From positions 1-40,989 of the forward strand of contig JAHQXB010000179.1 in the NCBI GenBank assembly GCA_029856435.1: DNA of 40,989 bases, read 5' to 3'. The position numbers and the translations under genes are program-made. Shown here one piece after another: positions 27,336 through 36,509 of the stretch. Source of the stretch: Candidatus Jordarchaeia archaeon. GTDB lineage: Archaea; Asgardarchaeota; Jordiarchaeia; Jordiarchaeales; Jordiarchaeaceae. The notes beneath the pieces are model-generated. The model saw only the letters and a program-made list of their open reading frames with translations. It did no database searches and was not told the origin of the DNA. Every line of letters starts with the position of its first letter. Within the stretch, counting starts at the first letter, position 1.

Positions 27336-29087
27336 CTATCTTTTTAGGTACTTGGGTATAGGGACATCCCACCAGCCGTAAGCTTTACCCTGACTTCTGG
27401 GGTGCTCCAGAGCTACCTCTAATTCTATCACTGCAGGTTTACCTGAGCTCATTGCATTTTTGATAGCCGCTGCTACCTGTTCACCTCTATCTATTTTTTC
27501 TGCATAGCACCCAAAGGATTCAGCTAGTTTCACATAGTCTGGGGAGTAGAGTTGCCCGGCTTTGTTCCTAAACTCCACACCATAACTTCTTTCTTTACCA
27601 TAAACGTCAATTTGAAGGTCGCGTATAGCAATCCAGCCATAATTGTTGAAAATAGTGACCAATATAGGTACCTCGTACTGCACAGCTGTCGCCAGTTCTT
27701 GGCAGGTCATAAGGAATGAACCATCACCCTCTATAGCAATTACTGGCACTTCAGGTTTGGCCAGCTTAGCCCCTATGGCTGCGGGGACACCGAACCCCAT
27801 AGTTGAAAAACCTCCGGGGGAGATATGAGTCCTTGGATAGTAAACTGGAAACTCTTGGAATCCCGACGCTTGGGCGTGTCCAGCGCTCGTCACCACTATA
27901 GTTTCACGAGGCAAAACTTTTCTCAACTCCTTAAGATAGCAAGATATGGTAGTGGGATAGCCCTCCCTTAACTTTTGCAATTCCTTTTTCCAATCTTCCT
28001 TAAGTCTGCAAAGCCTCTTGAAGTAGTCTGACTGCTCATACTTCCTTTTTGAAGTTATTTTCTGAAGAGCTTTGAACAGCTCTCCCAAAACACTCTTCGC
28101 GTCACCAAGTATTGGCACTTCAACTGGATAATTTTTCCCAATTTCGCCCGGGTCGATATCCACGTGTATCAGTTTAGTGGGAGGAATATTGAAGGATTCA
28201 CCAGGCTTATAGGAACTGGTGGTTTCGTCAGCAAAGCGGCATCCCACCGCAAGAATCACATCTGCTTCCCTTCCAATTACGCTTCCCACAGGTGAACCCT
28301 TAGAACCAGTATAAAAGGCGCTAAGCGGATGATCCTCTGGAATCACACCCTTTCCCATCATGGTCGTTATTACTGGGGCTCCCAAAAATTCTGCCAGCTC
28401 CACAAGCTCTTTTTCAGCATTTGCGAGTATCACTCCTCCACCAGCAAGAATCACGGGTCTTTCAGCCTTTGCCAAAAGTTTAGCGGCTTCAATTATTTTC
28501 TCAGGGTCACCCTGAACTCTTCCCCCAAGTCTGGAACCGATGGGCTTAGGAAGTTCCACTTCGGCAGCCTCTGCCTGAACATCCATAGGCAAATCTATAT
28601 GTACGGGGCCAGGCCGCCCGCCCAATGCAGTTCTGAGGGCGTTGTTTAAAACCCATGGCAACTGGTCAACCCTTGTTACTTGGTAACTCTTTTTGACCAC
28701 CGGCTCCATAACTCTGGGGAAATCCGCCCAGTGTTTTCTCTCAATTTCTTGAAGAACACCCCTTCCAAACATGTAGGTGTGAACCGACCCAGTAAAAATC
28801 AGCATAGGAATACTGTCAAGATAGGCGGTGGCTGCACCAATAACCGTGTTACAGGCGCCGGGACCTATAGAGGTGAAAACCGCTAATGGTTTACCAGTGA
28901 CCCTACAGTAACCGTCTGCTAGGTGGCATGCGGACTGCTCGTGTCTAACCTGAATAATAGGAACTTCATGTTCTTTAAAGGCATCAACCAAACCTAGATT
29001 ACCATGCCCAGGAATTCCCACTGCATAAGGAATTTTCTCAGCTAAGAGAGTCTTGGCAATTATCTCTCCACCAGTCAAGTAAGGCAT
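27336..29087 (-). CDS. ThDP-dependent enzyme, acetolactate synthase/IolD-like
   Basis: GIPGHGNLG, RHEQ, TSIGPG, GPVHIDLP, FSTMGFG, GDGSFLM...NNYGW; ATG at 29087 preferred. Confidence 0.9.
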   Translation of the reverse strand: MPYLTGGEIIAKTLLAEKIPYAVGIPGHGNLGLVDAFKEHEVPIIQVRHEQSACHLADGYCRVTGKPLAVFTSIGPGACNTVIGAATAYLDSIPMLIFTGSVHTYMFGRGVLQEIERKHWADFPRVMEPVVKKSYQVTRVDQLPWVLNNALRTALGGRPGPVHIDLPMDVQAEAAEVELPKPIGSRLGGRVQGDPEKIIEAAKLLAKAERPVILAGGGVILANAEKELVELAEFLGAPVITTMMGKGVIPEDHPLSAFYTGSKGSPVGSVIGREADVILAVGCRFADETTSSYKPGESFNIPPTKLIHVDIDPGEIGKNYPVEVPILGDAKSVLGELFKALQKITSKRKYEQSDYFKRLCRLKEDWKKELQKLREGYPTTISCYLKELRKVLPRETIVVTSAGHAQASGFQEFPVYYPRTHISPGGFSTMGFGVPAAIGAKLAKPEVPVIAIEGDGSFLMTCQELATAVQYEVPILVTIFNNYGWIAIRDLQIDVYGKERSYGVEFRNKAGQLYSPDYVKLAESFGCYAEKIDRGEQVAAAIKNAMSSGKPAVIELEVALEHPRSQGKAYGWWDVPIPKYLKR

Positions 29088-29302
29088 AGAATCACAACCC
29101 AAAACATTTTACATCAGAAATGTATGAACCCTTTCCCCTAATAATCGTTATCCAAAAAACATTCATAATGAAAATCTCTCAATAAACAATTTCTACCGCC
29201 AAAAATTTCCCCGAAAAAGGACGCCCAACAATAAAAAAGAGAGAGGATAAATGGATAACCTAAGTAATTAGTGGGGGGCGGGAAAATAAATGGGAGTTTT
29301 TC

Positions 29303-29635
29303 TTACAATTCGTTTATGTTTATCTTTACTTTGAGTTTTTCCATTCTCTCCTTTAGATCCGGGTGCTCCTCCAGATAGGCGTTTATCTCTTCTTCGTGCT
29401 CTTTTTGGTATTTGAGGAATTCTTCGGCTGTCATTCCTGTTTTTTTCTTGATTTGAGGCTCAAATTTTTTGATGACTTCCATTGTAATTTCCATCATTTT
29501 TTGCATTATGAGAAAAGGGTTCTTTTCCCTTTTTTTGTTCAATTGTTTGTTAAGCTCCGCCATTCTAGAAGTCATTGCATCCTTGATGGGTGGGAAAACC
29601 TCCAAAAAATTTGCAACATAAGTTTCAGTATCCAT
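29303..29635 (-). CDS. Hypothetical all-helical protein (110 aa)
   Basis: Clean ORF between ilvD and the ThDP gene on the same strand, K/E/M-rich amphipathic helices, no recognised motif. Confidence 0.7.
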   Translation of the reverse strand: MDTETYVANFLEVFPPIKDAMTSRMAELNKQLNKKREKNPFLIMQKMMEITMEVIKKFEPQIKKKTGMTAEEFLKYQKEHEEEINAYLEEHPDLKERMEKLKVKININEL

Positions 29636-29683
29636 AAGTTAATATGGTCCAAAACCAAAAATATTCTTTTCGTATGTAACGGA

Positions 29684-31384
29684 TTATTTGCCCAAGACAA
29701 GATCACCATTTGGCTCTTTTAGTATCGCACCCATATCTGCGGAAGTAACGAAAAAGCGGTAACGCTGAAGATAACCCTCAGCTCCCTTAAGCTTTGGGGG
29801 TTGGCTCCTCCACTCGTCTAGACGCCTTTTAAGTTCATCGCCAGACACTTCCATGTTTAGTCTCCTTTTGGGGATATCAATTAGTATCAGATCTCCATTC
29901 TTTACTACTGCTATGGGGCCGCCTTCGGCGGCTTCGGGGGAGACATGCCCAATCATGGCTCCTCTGGTGGAACCAGAAAAACGCCCATCAGTTATTAATG
30001 CCACTTTGTCCCCCAGCCCCATCCCATTTATTATAGACGCTATCTGGTGCATTTCACGCATTCCCGGCCCGCCCTTCGGGCCCTCATACCTGATGATTAT
30101 GACATCGCCGGCCACTATTTGTCCACCTAATAGGGCTTCTATAGCCTCCTCCATGGAGTCAAAAACCTTTGCAGGACCTCTGTGAACCAGCATTTCTTTA
30201 ACTACTGCTACGTGCTTGCACACAGATCCATTTGGGGCTAGATTTCCTTTGAGTACTGCGAGTCCCCCCTCTGGATGAACTGGATTGTCAAAGGGTCTTA
30301 TGACCTCTGGTCTCAATGTTCTCGCATCACTAATATTCTCTCTGACCGTTTTTCCAGTCACCGTAATACAGTCAAGGTTGAGAATTCCGCTTAACTCCTT
30401 CATAACTGCGGGGATTCCTCCCGCCTCATCTAAATCTTTGAGGTTGTAGGGACCAGATGGCAGAAGGTTACAAATGTGCCGTGTTAACGAGTTCAACTCA
30501 TCCATCCTGTCTAGACCAATGTTTAGCTTTGCCTCCCGAGCTATGGCTGGAATGTGTAGAGTAGCATTAAGAGAGCCTCCCAAAGCCAAGTCCACTATAA
30601 TAGCGTTTTCAAATGCTTGCTGCGTCATTATATCCCTGGGAAGCAATGCTTCTTCCACTAGTTTGACTGCTCTTTTTCCTGTCTCATGGGCTATGCGGAT
30701 CTTTTTGGCATCCACAGCGTGGGCTGTAGCGCAGCCGGGAAGCGACATGCCCAGCGCTTCAGTAACTGCGGCCATGGTGTTTGCGGTTCCCAGCATGGCA
30801 CAGGAGCCTGGGCCTGGGCAAGCTAATCCCTCGATTATGTTTAGCTCCTCCTCGCTTAGCTCACCCAACTTAAATTTGCCCATAAACTCTCGCATCTCTA
30901 CTGTAGTAATTTTTTTACCCCTATATGAGCCGGGGAGCATAGGGCCGCCCGTTACTACAATGGAGGGAATATTCAGTCTGGCTGCAGCCATTAAGTGTCC
31001 CGGAACCGTTTTATCACAGGAGGGAATAAGTACCATGGAGTCAAACATGTGGGCCTGAACCATGACTTCAATACTATCAGCAATAATATCTCTACTGGGG
31101 AGAGGGTACCTCATACCGATAGTTCCCTGGCATAAACCGTCACAAATAGCTATGGTGTCAAATTCGAAGGGTGTGCCCCCCGCGGAAATAATTCCCGCCT
31201 TAACCGCTCTACTAATAGATCTGAGATGTATGTGACCCGGAACAATCTCATTCCAAGAGTTAACAACCGCCACCCAGGGTCTCTCAATAGCTCCATCGTC
31301 TAGACCTAAAGATTTAAGCAGCGCCCTCTGAGTACACCTCTGAAACCCCTTCTTAATAAGGTCGCTCCGCAAACCCTGCTTCAT
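29684..31384 (-). CDS. ilvD: Dihydroxy-acid dehydratase (IlvD/Edd family)
   Basis: [67 protein letters not shown]. Confidence 0.95.
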   Translation of the reverse strand: MKQGLRSDLIKKGFQRCTQRALLKSLGLDDGAIERPWVAVVNSWNEIVPGHIHLRSISRAVKAGIISAGGTPFEFDTIAICDGLCQGTIGMRYPLPSRDIIADSIEVMVQAHMFDSMVLIPSCDKTVPGHLMAAARLNIPSIVVTGGPMLPGSYRGKKITTVEMREFMGKFKLGELSEEELNIIEGLACPGPGSCAMLGTANTMAAVTEALGMSLPGCATAHAVDAKKIRIAHETGKRAVKLVEEALLPRDIMTQQAFENAIIVDLALGGSLNATLHIPAIAREAKLNIGLDRMDELNSLTRHICNLLPSGPYNLKDLDEAGGIPAVMKELSGILNLDCITVTGKTVRENISDARTLRPEVIRPFDNPVHPEGGLAVLKGNLAPNGSVCKHVAVVKEMLVHRGPAKVFDSMEEAIEALLGGQIVAGDVIIIRYEGPKGGPGMREMHQIASIINGMGLGDKVALITDGRFSGSTRGAMIGHVSPEAAEGGPIAVVKNGDLILIDIPKRRLNMEVSGDELKRRLDEWRSQPPKLKGAEGYLQRYRFFVTSADMGAILKEPNGDLVLGK

Positions 31385-31535
31385 AAAAATTCACATCCAT
31401 AAAGGTTCCATTTGAAATCCCATTCCAATTTTCAAACTATTTTCCCATAAACATTAACAACTAGAAGAGTGATGATACAAGGGTTTTTAAAACTAGTTAT
31501 AAACAAAAAATTTGGGAGATCGGATCCAAACCCTA

Positions 31536-32720
31536 CTAGGACACGTGCTCCAACACTAACTCCGATAAATCATAAAGTTTGAGTTTAGAATCCAATCTCT
31601 TAATAGCTAGATCCAAATTTGTTCTACAGAGAGGGCAGGTTGTAACTAATGCGTCTGCTCCGGTTTCCTCAGCTTCCTTTATACGTTTTTCAGCGATTGC
31701 CACAGAGTTTTCTGGAAAAGCGGTAAAGTATCCTCCTCCACCACCACAACACTGTGAATCTTCCCTGCTGTGCTCCATTTCTACCAACTCCACTCCAGGA
31801 ATGGATTTGATTACTTCTCTGGGGGCATCGTATATTCCAGCATGTCTCCCCAAGTGGCAGGGGTCGTGGTAGGTCACCTTCATGGGAGACTTTTTCTTGA
31901 GTTTGAGCTTACCTTTCTTAATCAGTTCCAGTAGGAGCTCTGAGAAGTGCCTTAGTTTGAAGTCGAAATTTTCCACGAGCATAGGATAGACGTTTTTGAA
32001 GGTAGAATAGCATCCAGCGCAGGCGGTGACTATCTCTTTCGCCCCAGTTTTCCTGAATATTTCCAAGTTTTCCTTGGCTATTTCCGCAGAAAGTTTGATT
32101 TCTCCATCCCAATAGGGGTGCATACCACAGCAGCCTTCATCGGAAGTTATTGTGAATTTGTACCCAGCCTTCCTGAGCAGTTCCACAATGGCCCTGCCCG
32201 TTTCTCCATACCGATAAGCTGTTACACAGCCAAAATAGAGCAGAGTATCCGCAGTTTTTGGAACCTTAACCTCCAACCAGCTAAAACGTCTCTCCTGAGG
32301 CTCCCTGTAAGGATTCCTATATTCCCTTATTCTCCTATCCATTTTTTTCTCCTCTGGAAGAGGACCCAGACCTTGTTCCGTGAGTTCCCTTCTTGCAACT
32401 TTGAGAATGTCAAATGGGCGAACCTCTGCGTCGCATTGCTGGTTGCAAATCTGACAGGTGGTGCAGGAGAAAATTCTCTCCGCAACCTGTGGTGTGGGCT
32501 TAATCCACCCCTTAACCACATTCCTGAGTATCTGCATCTTTCCTCTTGGCGTCACCGACTCCCACTTAACCTGTTGATAAACTGGACAGCGAATCCTGCA
32601 AAAGGCACAAATATTGCACATAGCAAGCTGTGTCCGAAAATCATTTAGAGTCTTCTTCTCCGCAGCCTTTAATTTTTCCCAATCTTCCATTGCCTTCTTT
32701 TTCTCTTCCTCTGTCGACAT
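31536..32720 (-). CDS. Fe-S protein with 4Fe-4S dicluster and two CCG domains (GlcF/HdrD-like)
   Basis: CNICAFC...CP, CTTCQIC...C, EGCCG, TACAGC, TYHDPCHLGR, CCGGGG, TTCPLC; 1-bp overlap with the upstream FAD gene. Confidence 0.92.
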   Translation of the reverse strand: MSTEEEKKKAMEDWEKLKAAEKKTLNDFRTQLAMCNICAFCRIRCPVYQQVKWESVTPRGKMQILRNVVKGWIKPTPQVAERIFSCTTCQICNQQCDAEVRPFDILKVARRELTEQGLGPLPEEKKMDRRIREYRNPYREPQERRFSWLEVKVPKTADTLLYFGCVTAYRYGETGRAIVELLRKAGYKFTITSDEGCCGMHPYWDGEIKLSAEIAKENLEIFRKTGAKEIVTACAGCYSTFKNVYPMLVENFDFKLRHFSELLLELIKKGKLKLKKKSPMKVTYHDPCHLGRHAGIYDAPREVIKSIPGVELVEMEHSREDSQCCGGGGGYFTAFPENSVAIAEKRIKEAEETGADALVTTCPLCRTNLDLAIKRLDSKLKLYDLSELVLEHVS

Positions 32721-34162
32721 TACTTCACACCCGCCATGTAAACAAATTCATCCTTTGGTACTTCTGTGAGTCCCATCACCATAGGGTTCAAGATGTTGTG
32801 TGGGTCAAAAACCTTCTTAATTCCCCGCATCAGGGTAAGGGTGTCCCGGTGTTCCAACTCGATGAACGCCGCCTTTGATACCCCCGTCCCGTGCTCCGCC
32901 GATAGGGTTCCACCATGCTTCCTGATGATAATGTCCACTGCTTCGCTTGCAAACTTCACAGCCATCTCCCTCTGCGCAGGATCCTCCACATTTATTGCGC
33001 TACCTAGGTGGACATTTCCATCGGCGATGTGTCCAAAGGCCACCATAAGTCTCCCATATTTGGCAGCCAACGCTTTAACCTCCTTAATGGCCTCAGGCAC
33101 GTGAGATATGGGTACTGCAAAGTCTTGGATACTGTTTATAGCAATGTTTTCTCCCCTCAGTTTTGCTAACAGGTTTGCTAGGGAATGTCTAAGTTTCCAG
33201 AGCTCCTCCGTTCTCTTGGGATCTGTGGAGTATATAATTTGTTTCACACCTATTTTTTCGCAAACCTTCCTAACTGTCTCCGCCTCTTCCTTGACAACCT
33301 CTTGGTTGCTTCCGTCCACCTCAATGAATAGTACTGCGCCAGCTGGTGGGAGTCTGTCCTGCTCCTTGAGGGCAGAATTCAGAACCATTATGCACACGTC
33401 GTCTAGAATCTCCATCGCTGAGGGCAGAATCCCCGTATTAATAATTTCCGTGGCTGCCTCTAACCCCTGCTCATACTTTTCGAAGACTGGTACAATCATG
33501 GCAGTGTACTTTGGTGCGGGTGTTATCTTCAAGATTATTTCTGTGAATATTCCTAGGCTTCCCTCAGAACCCACCAGAAGCTTAGTCAGGTTGTAGCCCG
33601 AGGAGCTTTTCCAGACTCGCCCCCCAGTTCTAATAATTTTTCCTCCCGGCAGAACAACTTCCAACCCGAGAACATGGTCTACTGTGGCTCCATACTTTAC
33701 CGCTCTAATTCCGCTGGCGTTGTTTCCCACCATTCCTCCCACTGTACAGGCGATTGCGGAGCCTGGGTCTGGGGGGAAGCAGTAGCCATACTTTCTAAGC
33801 TCCTTGTTCAGCTCTCCATAGATTACTCCCGGTTGAACCACTGCTACTCTATCTTTCAGGTTGATTTCTAAGATTTTATCCATTTTGACGAAATCTATGA
33901 GAATCGCGTTGTTATATGCTAAGGATTGTCCCGCGTAACTTGTCCCTGCACCTCTAGGGGTAACTGGTATTCTGTTTTCATCTGCGAATTTGAGGATTTC
34001 TGCGACTTCCTCCTTGTTTTCTGGTCTTACCACCGCCACTGGTATAGCTCTCAGAAACGAGGCATCTGAAGCATAGGCCACTAGCTCAACGGGATCTATA
34101 GTGACGTCGTCTTCACCCACAATTGCCGCAAGGGCTTCATAAATCTCCTTTTGATCCATCAA
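32720..34162 (-). CDS. FAD-binding oxidoreductase, GlcD/D-lactate dehydrogenase family
   Basis: TPRGAGTS, FPPDPGS...CTVGG....NASG, GYNLTKLLVGSEGSLGIFTE, FGHIADGNVH, SAEHGTG, FDPHNILNP. Confidence 0.93.
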   Translation of the reverse strand: MMDQKEIYEALAAIVGEDDVTIDPVELVAYASDASFLRAIPVAVVRPENKEEVAEILKFADENRIPVTPRGAGTSYAGQSLAYNNAILIDFVKMDKILEINLKDRVAVVQPGVIYGELNKELRKYGYCFPPDPGSAIACTVGGMVGNNASGIRAVKYGATVDHVLGLEVVLPGGKIIRTGGRVWKSSSGYNLTKLLVGSEGSLGIFTEIILKITPAPKYTAMIVPVFEKYEQGLEAATEIINTGILPSAMEILDDVCIMVLNSALKEQDRLPPAGAVLFIEVDGSNQEVVKEEAETVRKVCEKIGVKQIIYSTDPKRTEELWKLRHSLANLLAKLRGENIAINSIQDFAVPISHVPEAIKEVKALAAKYGRLMVAFGHIADGNVHLGSAINVEDPAQREMAVKFASEAVDIIIRKHGGTLSAEHGTGVSKAAFIELEHRDTLTLMRGIKKVFDPHNILNPMVMGLTEVPKDEFVYMAGVK

Positions 34163-34279
34163 TCATTCACCCAAAAATTGTCTGTTTTACAGAGATTGAT
34201 TATGATTATATCCTTTATCCTCTACTAGGCATTAAAAGTAACGTTTTCAACTCGCACATTTTTATCAATATCGCCGGTA

Positions 34280-34464
34280 TCGTATGTTTGGAGACACACT
34301 TCCCCTTTTTTTGGGAATCCTTTTATGGCTGGTTTTTGGGGAAGTGGGTGTTCCCTATTTTTAACATTATCCTGATTAGTGGAGGTGGGAGGGATTATGA
34401 ACGCAGAATAAAAAGGGCAAGGCAGAACGAGAAACTAGCCCGATAGTGCTGTTTAAACCTATGG
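34280..34464. repeat. Degenerate copy of inverted-repeat element family 2 (~185 bp)
   Basis: Collinear blocks shared with 40307-40491: TGGCTGG, TTCCC..TTTTTAACA, TGGAGGTGGGA(A)GGGAT, AAAG(G)GCAAGGC, terminal GTGCTGTTTAAACCTATGG; same length. Confidence 0.55.
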
Positions 34465-34622
34465 TCGGCGCCGCCTTTAAACTGCTGTGGTTCCAAGAGT
34501 AGGACAAAAGCTAAACGGGATCTATGCTAATATTCTTTTCACCCGCGTGGAGGTGATGACTTGTTTCATTTGAATCTGTTAACAGTTCCCAACTTTCTCC
34601 CCTTAAATTAAGAATGGGGTTA

Positions 34623-36326
34623 TCAGCGTATTCCTCTTGTGGCCTTTTCCGCATCGATTCCTCTTAGTCTTGAGCTTGCTTTTAGATTTAGCGGCGGAAA
34701 CGCTACGGGATCTATTTTCACATCTATTACAGCTGGTTTTCCACAATCCAGTGCGCTTTTTACCGTGTCGGCAATCTCGCTTGGTTTCTCTACCGTCCAG
34801 CCACATGCTCCGAAGTTCTCAGCTACTTTAGCAAAATTGGGGTTGGTGTAATCATTACCGAAATCTGTACCGAAGTTTACCTTTTGGAACATCTTTGGCG
34901 CAGCGTAGCAGTTGTTATTCATAATAATTGTTACCACATTGAAGCCACATCTCACAGCGGTTTCCAAGTCCATTATGGTCATCATAAAGTCCCCATCTCC
35001 CACCAGACAAACCACAGGTTCTTCGGGTTTAGCGGCCTTTGCGCCTATCGCTGCGGGGAATGCGAAACCCATAGCTCCCAGATTAACCGAACCAATGAAT
35101 GTTCTGGGGTGAATTGTCTTTGTATAAGCAGTTATGAACAAGCGATGAAGCCCAGCTCCAGAGACAATTATGGACTTTTTAGGAATAGTATTTTGCACGT
35201 CCCGAAGCAAACGCTGAGGCTTCACAGGTGCACTTTCCGAATCTACATCAGCTCCCCAGATGGCGTTCCACTCCTCCTTCTTCTTTTTTATTTCTTCCGC
35301 CCTTGAAGATGACTTTTTTACCGCTCCCCTAGAATCAAGGATTTTTATCATCTCTAAAAGCACAGTTTTCGCGTCTCCCACGATGCCATATTCACAGTGA
35401 TAATTTTGACCTATTGATGAGGGATCAATATTGATTTGAATGATATCCCCTTTTATTGGAGTTGTGAAGTTGTAGGTGGTCAGGGAAGAAATAGTACAAC
35501 CCACTGCAAGGACTACATCAGCCTCCTCTAGGGCGTCATCAGCTACACTAATTCCCCCACACCAGCCGCTTACTCCCAATGCTAAGGGGTGATCCTCGGG
35601 GAAGCATCCTCTGCCATTCTGAGTTGTTGTTACAGGTATCTGAAGCATCTCTGATATTATTCTAAGCTCTTCTGAAGCATTAGACCATATTACTCCCCCA
35701 CCAGCCAAAATCACCGGTTTTTCGGCTTCTATCAATCTATCCGTTGCTTCCTCAATGATTGAGGGAGAAACTATTTGTGAATCAACTCTAATTGGAAAGT
35801 CTGGCTCCACCTCTCCTTCCTCATTGTATATGTCCTCAGGCATCTCTACCATAACTGGTCCTGGTCTACCCGCTCTTGCTAGGTAAAAAGCATTATTGAT
35901 GATCCTTGGAATCTCGCTTACACGTCCGATGCGTTGGCAGGATTTGGTATAGGGCTTAAGAACTGCAAACTGGTTAGCCTCACCAAAGATTTCGCGTCCA
36001 ATAAGTTTCCTCTCTACTTGGCCCGCGAGTAGAACAACTGGGGAGGAATCCCTATAGGCATCGACTATACTAAGCACACCGTTTAACGTTCCAGGGCCAG
36101 AATGCATCTGGCAAACGCCAACTCTTCCGCTGGCGCGAGCATAACCATCGGCCATGCTACCTGCGCACCGCTCATGACGCGCAACCACATACTTTATGCG
36201 GTTCTCCGTGCTCAGGGCAGATAAGAATCCAGCAACAGAAGTGCCACAAATACCGAATATGTATTCCACATCATTTTCTACAAGTGCATCCACAATTGCC
36301 TTATTTCCCTTTACAGTAACCATCAA
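34623..36326 (-). CDS. ThDP-binding protein, acetolactate synthase large-subunit-like
   Basis: RHE...MADGY, SGPG, RPGPVMVEMP, PVILAGGG, GAMGFAFPAAIG, GDGDFMM...NNCY. Confidence 0.9.
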   Translation of the reverse strand: MMVTVKGNKAIVDALVENDVEYIFGICGTSVAGFLSALSTENRIKYVVARHERCAGSMADGYARASGRVGVCQMHSGPGTLNGVLSIVDAYRDSSPVVLLAGQVERKLIGREIFGEANQFAVLKPYTKSCQRIGRVSEIPRIINNAFYLARAGRPGPVMVEMPEDIYNEEGEVEPDFPIRVDSQIVSPSIIEEATDRLIEAEKPVILAGGGVIWSNASEELRIISEMLQIPVTTTQNGRGCFPEDHPLALGVSGWCGGISVADDALEEADVVLAVGCTISSLTTYNFTTPIKGDIIQINIDPSSIGQNYHCEYGIVGDAKTVLLEMIKILDSRGAVKKSSSRAEEIKKKKEEWNAIWGADVDSESAPVKPQRLLRDVQNTIPKKSIIVSGAGLHRLFITAYTKTIHPRTFIGSVNLGAMGFAFPAAIGAKAAKPEEPVVCLVGDGDFMMTIMDLETAVRCGFNVVTIIMNNNCYAAPKMFQKVNFGTDFGNDYTNPNFAKVAENFGACGWTVEKPSEIADTVKSALDCGKPAVIDVKIDPVAFPPLNLKASSRLRGIDAEKATRGIR

Positions 36327-36509
36327 TTTTAGCCTCCTAATCTTTAGTTATACACGTTACAATATAAAAAGAATTATGCCGACCCCTAAAAATAAAATCA
36401 TCTATCCTCTCCACCTATCTCTCTATTGATACCTTAAAAGCAATATTCGCCCTCCTCGGAAACACCACAAATCCCTTTTTTATCCTAATTCGTAGGAAGA
36501 CTAATATGC

